A stretch of 64,000 bases of DNA, taken from assembly GCA_965227295.1 (NCBI GenBank), contig OZ245742.1, positions 3,264,001-3,328,000 on the forward strand, read 5' to 3'. Below, in pieces: positions 60,801 through 64,000 of this stretch. Each line of letters opens with the position of its first letter. Positions within the stretch are counted from its first letter, which is position 1. This DNA comes from Leptonemataceae bacterium (GTDB taxonomy: Bacteria; Spirochaetota; Leptospiria; Leptospirales; Leptonemataceae). The notes under the pieces were generated by a model. The model saw only the letters and a list, made by a program, of their open reading frames with translations, was not told the DNA's origin and did not search any database. The position numbers were made by a program, and so were the translations under genes.

Positions 60801-62791
60801 ATGCCTTCCAGGCGCACGTCCAGTTCTTCGAGCCGGAGGCCGGCGAGGCTCCGATCTTGGTCCAGGTCCGCGAACAAGGCCTCAACGCGCGGCAGCGAGT
60901 CCGCTTCCATGCGTTGGGCGATTTCCCGCCGACGTTCACGCCAGCGCTGATGGACGAGGGCGCTCAGGCCGGCGACGAGTTCCCGCACCCGGGACTGCTC
61001 TTTGGATTCCCGCAGGGCCTGAAGCACGTCTTCTTCGCGTGCCCCGGGATTCGCTGAGTTCATTTCATCGTCGATTAAGCCGAGCAAACGCGCCGCGTAG
61101 TCCCGGGCCACGGCGACATGCTCGCTCAGGATCACGTCGGCGATATTTTTGCGAAAGGACTGGCCGATCAATCGAATGGCCTTCTCGAAGTTTTCCTGTT
61201 CGATGACGATGGGCGCGCCGCCGGCCTCTGCGTCGGTTTCGTGAATGTAAAGGCCGATGGCCTCGAGGATCACGTCCGCCGCTTCGAACCAGGCGTTGTC
61301 GGATTCGCCCAGGACGTTGTGTCCGCCGGCCCGCAGGGATTCTTCAATCAAACCTTCGGTGGTGTCGAAGGGGTCCACACCGAGGGCCGTCGTGGCCAGG
61401 TTCCAGACCCCCGTCGCCGACGCGCGCTGAATGGAAACGCTGAGCGCGGCGTCGCGCCCGCCGCTTCGGTCCAGGCGTTTGTAAACGGCGTCGACGGCCT
61501 CTCGTACGTCCGCGGCAAAACGGTCCGCAAATTCACGGAGGCGTTCCACGCCGTGCTGCTTCGGCTGCGCGGGGGCCCGGCCGCGGCGCTTTTGGTAGTA
61601 AGATCGGACGGCGGCGTGGATACGGCCGTGGTAGTCGTCGATGCGCTGTTCGAAGCGACGCAGATTTCCCAGCAGCCGCGCCTTCGAAACGGAAGGGGCG
61701 CTGAGCACGGCTTCCAGATCGCGAAGACCGGCGCTTAACTTCGAACGCAAAGCAGTTAGATGTTCGCGCAGTTCTTCCGGGCCTGCGTCGTCGCGGCGGG
61801 AATGCAGCAGGCGTTCCATCTTACGGACCTTCTTGCGCAGTTTCTCCACGTCATGGAGGATCTGCGCTTCCGCCGTGAGCAGAGTGATGAAGTACGACGC
61901 GCGGCTGAAGCGGCTGACAAACAGCGTGCGCCCGTCTTCCAGGCAGCGTTCGCGCAGGCGACGGACGTTGGCCCGGCTGAGTTCCGCATCGAAGTCCGCG
62001 GAGGCATAGACCTCGGTAAGCAGGCGGTGGTTGCGTTCGTCGGGATTCTTTTCGAAGAAGACGACGTCGCGCAGGGCTTCGAGGGAGACGGGCCAGTCGA
62101 TGGTGCTCGCGGCGCGCAGCCAGGCGATGCGCTGTTCGCGCCAGGCCGCGCCGCCGGAGTTCAGGCGTTCGTCGAAACAGTCGGCGATGGTGAGGGCGAA
62201 GACGTTGTCGCTGTCGAGCCAGGGGCCCCGTAATACGTGATCGAGAGAAGTTAGCAGCCCCGGTTCCTTTTTTCGGACCGTGTCGAGAAACTCGAAGCAG
62301 CCGAGCAGGGCCGGGACGAACCCCCGGCGCTCTTTCTTTTTGGCCGGCAGCACTCCCGCCGCGAATAACCGGACCACGGCGGCGAGTACGGCGAGTCCGC
62401 GCTCATCGTCGCCGCGCGGTACGTAGCTCTCGCCGTGGAGGCGAACAGTCGTCCCCTGTGAGACGGCGTCCTGCATGCGGGCCAGAACGCCGGCGTCGAT
62501 GACGATGCGGGGATCATCCTGTGTGACTGTGACGAGGTGTTCTGCGCCGTGGACATAGCGCAGAGGAATCTTGCGCAAACGTTTGCGAACTTCTTTCGCG
62601 AGCTTCGAAGAGAGTTCCTCCAGCAACGTTTCGCCGGAAGCGATGAATCGTTTTGCCGCGACGGCGTCTCTGGAGTCGGCGGGTCCCGGGGACGCCGCAC
62701 GCCGGGCCTGCCAGCGATCGGCAGGTTGTCGGGGCGCTTGATCAACGATGGTTAAGAATGCGGTTTCAGTCGATGTTCGATCGGAGGGCAT
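54869..62791 (-). CDS. 2640-aa protein: expanded nucleotide-sugar dehydrogenase-like scaffold + C-terminal ATP-grasp domain
   Basis: GYGPSRVDLG, AEESKPFEN, PGGAGSTGFCQPKDIYY, EYKPVSDARLS, EAFRGSDVL; ATP-grasp MYDK, KAARQSGGR, VLQRLI, SNVGRGG, VLIENN. Confidence 0.75.
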   Translation of the reverse strand: MPSDRTSTETAFLTIVDQAPRQPADRWQARRAASPGPADSRDAVAAKRFIASGETLLEELSSKLAKEVRKRLRKIPLRYVHGAEHLVTVTQDDPRIVIDAGVLARMQDAVSQGTTVRLHGESYVPRGDDERGLAVLAAVVRLFAAGVLPAKKKERRGFVPALLGCFEFLDTVRKKEPGLLTSLDHVLRGPWLDSDNVFALTIADCFDERLNSGGAAWREQRIAWLRAASTIDWPVSLEALRDVVFFEKNPDERNHRLLTEVYASADFDAELSRANVRRLRERCLEDGRTLFVSRFSRASYFITLLTAEAQILHDVEKLRKKVRKMERLLHSRRDDAGPEELREHLTALRSKLSAGLRDLEAVLSAPSVSKARLLGNLRRFEQRIDDYHGRIHAAVRSYYQKRRGRAPAQPKQHGVERLREFADRFAADVREAVDAVYKRLDRSGGRDAALSVSIQRASATGVWNLATTALGVDPFDTTEGLIEESLRAGGHNVLGESDNAWFEAADVILEAIGLYIHETDAEAGGAPIVIEQENFEKAIRLIGQSFRKNIADVILSEHVAVARDYAARLLGLIDDEMNSANPGAREEDVLQALRESKEQSRVRELVAGLSALVHQRWRERRREIAQRMEADSLPRVEALFADLDQDRSLAGLRLEELDVRLEGIDTALSSTAYTFRARDIRDAVLREDLALRRRRSVPLWIVLTTQAAGLTDLCAGFWFDDEMTCTNLTTAFTYGGRTLEEEAREHLGETRRHFAEIGRSVIEEFRLDYRIDEIIGESGADDSEAAVERAVLQLILRNRDVSRETAKRFVLWQSLPHRERRYAEEPPAAQAALANHGEELRGTALEQIIRRNPELGWDIEDGVLSENDVQNHPVYGLEFQNELRILARQRAIQEHALGPTMEWYTAGQSEDSLPRIIRMKLDLGMSTHRDEVLLRYRLRTNGTLIREDEYRETPGTIEDEPLPLFVLKNDPLFSYEARGGNKKYHRGYGPSRVDLGFWERISVQEWPQWIGPADRAARIAMENFYDLYNYDVRSFEDVRHAEESKPFENGIMEAQLALTHIFQALQLSIGVGHFQRLAADSTERPEIKVRPGGAGSTGFCQPKDIYYWYFVNVITRDEVYRYAGLPVDRWSSLTSLRRRLTDRLSGVMNETAVRDFAQRCESVFTAVEAAERRPGFEPAEHFEAGGEPSLFHPRGMLPSAAFFTAADRIGVRDPRVDPRGFLRSVHGVYQGKILQVLESRMRFVPVSLIFLLRQAFDIVRERRPESPAYSDAVIPLPVEYKPVSDARLSMGLRMFELMAAAGVHDGRHLLEHIYSSLDREGEATAQLLLNGFDAQDTTQRKLLAERLYDDGRELSDDDLRDLAQQYPRTSAPADIRLFTPFNMSTQSVYNYVSGSTLSTWADRVRRLIHACLARYSRRGANPAWSMSDEEIDANCLTYGARLRSWTTLKDLPDESYAELARPLGGLVHALVFDVRLKNPEYRAGPGTDLREAFRGSDVLPVIVHYDELTGSEDEGVEIERHPRRNSARTILDDLPRAAADMRDGRPESALILFDAPVQGRKTALDRTAIKTWLSLGGYYLSPAVGFDELQYYERDVREECEAAAAYRDTLLAGDKEKLTECLTVIRELARDRYRKARDEEELAIHSAEWWRGGGFYNWSERHALMREGWFHLLTGKGTLDYGLWLVAGGLFLVNGRPAAEVALEKRRFEEATRRLNGKEDEHAGFGPDAVQRVEACFVRPEYTAPVGAMREVYGERTSIKKREEAVDESAGSALERHLLQRRARSIRRQVSGYRKGLADATPNTVEALCDRAAEILNSVDLGPETQGIARESCGEFLAITERAFHAIVEECYQGEDTPEKRAMLTRGRLLFDAGRNPEAEAWLELAGRGDDPGDFGRLAYRCAGQKDMLRPVARVAGLFDVLFALIKTADLFNLTSDELNTEQETISRRLHLAVAEFFAETIYDHVFDYPWRIFSPMAGSGFSDYDYIMGSWLGEGTPFTREEIFAIQVEEHRWLGRYFDRLFRSRTYLRQAPPAYVDALLGTPETPPVGGPAASDPLHEREWFWYTHKRDLAHVDQQGHRARGIFDVSAGKAAELFDDGNRPAVAIVCPPGRPHLLTFFEENPLYNREHPGDACNWVLGRALLFDENDESLRIPHGFMYVDAEVFRRLSEHQKHLTLPPGLHANAGDEPRGVMIGVRFERPLRNCLSFPFHGAPYYLQGLDERIGLPSVQAWIHNILMYDKLEHARIHAPGRGVSVPEELHWKKSYQFHADGTPRDEDEIVAELSRGSARFPGGLTHFHWKCISKAARQSGGRLAFPAQLRDGAGNVLEENVLTQARNMARVGWIDDQVLQRLIPANPAAWASPEYLRRLRQELIRKHGIAAPADAEFFAYSRVIVVYVDEAPEYVLELTVASRAAVSNVGRGGVLFKWRPAFARDAATAETISSRRREAALASMHAIELRSDALWSRLTSPDDPGVIEDHQQLLGRRLRERHDRTGHPYSRPRYMMHDFLDTPVLRIGGDDELIETPEIVGYEYARDGVGSIADRLTSMTVLADNGATSRAGPEDITDWKPVLIENNIGFGLWNPFKEDERRDELQRARTQNRGPDPARYGGDLRKMMLAFSKAAREYLKPATTAKLS

Positions 62792-64000
62792 ACCAGAGTA
62801 TCTTCAGTTGCAGCGAAAGCGGCACCTTGGGTCCTTTCTTTTCGCTCGAAGGCGGCTGATATGTAAAGACGTATTCCCGGGAGAAGTCGCTTTCCGCGGT
62901 TTTCGCCCCGTTTTTTGTGCCGAGGGATTTCACGGCGGCGTGGTAGGTCTTGCCCGCTTCGAAAGGTTCGCCCGCCGCGATCTCATTCAGAAACAAAGTG
63001 GTATCCGTAGCCTCGTACTCATGATGATATTCGCCCTGCGCCGGCCCCAGGGAAACGCGATAGGCCGTCGGTTCGCCGGCGGCTTGTTCCCAGTGAAAGT
63101 AGACGCCGCTTGCATCGTTGGCGGCGAGGAAACCGCCGGGGGCCGCGAGTTCCTGCGCAAAAGAGACTGTGATGGGAGTCGCCGTGCCGCGGGTGGAGGT
63201 CGCTGTTAAGGGTGGGCGAGCGAAAGTTACAAGATCGTTGCGAACATCTTGCGGGAGGATGACGCGCTCCTGGTTTGCGCCGGGATTCGGTTTGCCGCGG
63301 CCGGGCTCGAAAAAGGCGATCATGAGGGAGAAGGGATGCTGGAATCCGTTCCAGGTCGGCGCCGAACTCGCGTACTGATTTCCGGAGATGAAGGCCGCCT
63401 GAAAGCCCTGACGATTGCCCCAGGTGGGCTGGTAGTACTGATCGCCGAAGTGGGCACCGAAAGGATTGATGCGGATCTTGAGTCGGTCGTCGAAGACCGA
63501 GGGTTTGACCTGTTGCATGGGGGCGAAGGCGAAGTTCGCCTGGACCGTGGTATCCATGGCCACGGCCACTCCGAGTGTTTCGGCGCTGACGGCGGCGTAC
63601 TCGGCCGTGATGTGGTTGTTAATGTTTGCCAGATTTAAGTTAGCGTCCGAATGTTTGAAGTAATCGACCGTGTACGAGGACTCGGTGCCGAGGTAGTTCC
63701 GCTTCAGTACGCGAAAGGGTTTGTCCGTGGAGGCCGGGACCGCGAAGCGCAGCGGCGCCGGCATGACCTCGTCCCACTTGCGATCCAGCTTACGGGTGAG
63801 GGACGCCTGTTCGAGCTTTACGTAATCCTCGCGTACCGTCTCCGGATAGAGGATGCCGCCTTCGACGAAGACGTAGGGCACGTCTTCGACGAGGCTGATG
63901 CGATAGTCGATGCGCCCCGCTTTGCTGCCGTCGATCCCCGGCAGGGGAAACTCGCCGGTGAGTCGCACCGTGGCCACCCCGCGCGTCCCATCCTGCTCCA
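62766..64000 (-). CDS. Hypothetical beta-rich protein with C-terminal fibronectin-III-like domain; 5' end outside the window
   Basis: Frame is open to the window edge; LAAPGGF...VYFHW...AYRV...GKTYHAAVKS...ESDFS is FN3-like; overlaps the start of the giant ORF by 26 nt. Confidence 0.65.
   Translation of the reverse strand, partial: EQDGTRGVATVRLTGEFPLPGIDGSKAGRIDYRISLVEDVPYVFVEGGILYPETVREDYVKLEQASLTRKLDRKWDEVMPAPLRFAVPASTDKPFRVLKRNYLGTESSYTVDYFKHSDANLNLANINNHITAEYAAVSAETLGVAVAMDTTVQANFAFAPMQQVKPSVFDDRLKIRINPFGAHFGDQYYQPTWGNRQGFQAAFISGNQYASSAPTWNGFQHPFSLMIAFFEPGRGKPNPGANQERVILPQDVRNDLVTFARPPLTATSTRGTATPITVSFAQELAAPGGFLAANDASGVYFHWEQAAGEPTAYRVSLGPAQGEYHHEYEATDTTLFLNEIAAGEPFEAGKTYHAAVKSLGTKNGAKTAESDFSREYVFTYQPPSSEKKGPKVPLSLQLKILWYALRSNID

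Noticed and set aside
54869..62791. Giant ORF as NRPS/PKS, RHS/RTX toxin or intein-containing protein
   Set aside because: No adenylation, KS or carrier motifs, no YD or GGxGxD repeats, and no intein splice-junction motifs seen

Overview
A gene-dense, high-GC bacterial chromosome segment. Gene content and architectures (DUF1574-like + MBOAT pair, DUF1577/PilZ-like protein, double-cNMP Crp, multi-TM-HAMP-SpoIIE, PD40-OmpA) suggest a Leptospiraceae/spirochaete-like organism; this is an inference. Housekeeping genes include methylmalonyl-CoA mutase small and large subunits + meaB, rpiA, hisS, hisF, hisE and a pseudouridine synthase. I found no rRNA, tRNA, CRISPR array, integrase or intact transposase. 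The most unusual elements are: (1) a 2640-aa protein carrying an insertion-expanded UDP-glucose/GDP-mannose dehydrogenase scaffold fused to a C-terminal RimK-like ATP-grasp ligase, in an apparent operon with two tandem amphi-Trp genes; (2) an isochorismatase-fold + kinase + Cys-phosphatase triple fusion with an altered hydrolase triad; (3) a small accessory/defence-like patch after hisS (deleted Rpn gene that keeps its RpnS-like internal ORF, a HEPN gene and a HipA-like kinase); (4) a dispersed intergenic inverted-repeat family (ACTCCGAGGACCGAGGTACCGAG, 7 paired + 2 single copies) and two clusters of GNA-triloop hairpins. All family calls come from recognising motifs by eye, not from database searches.
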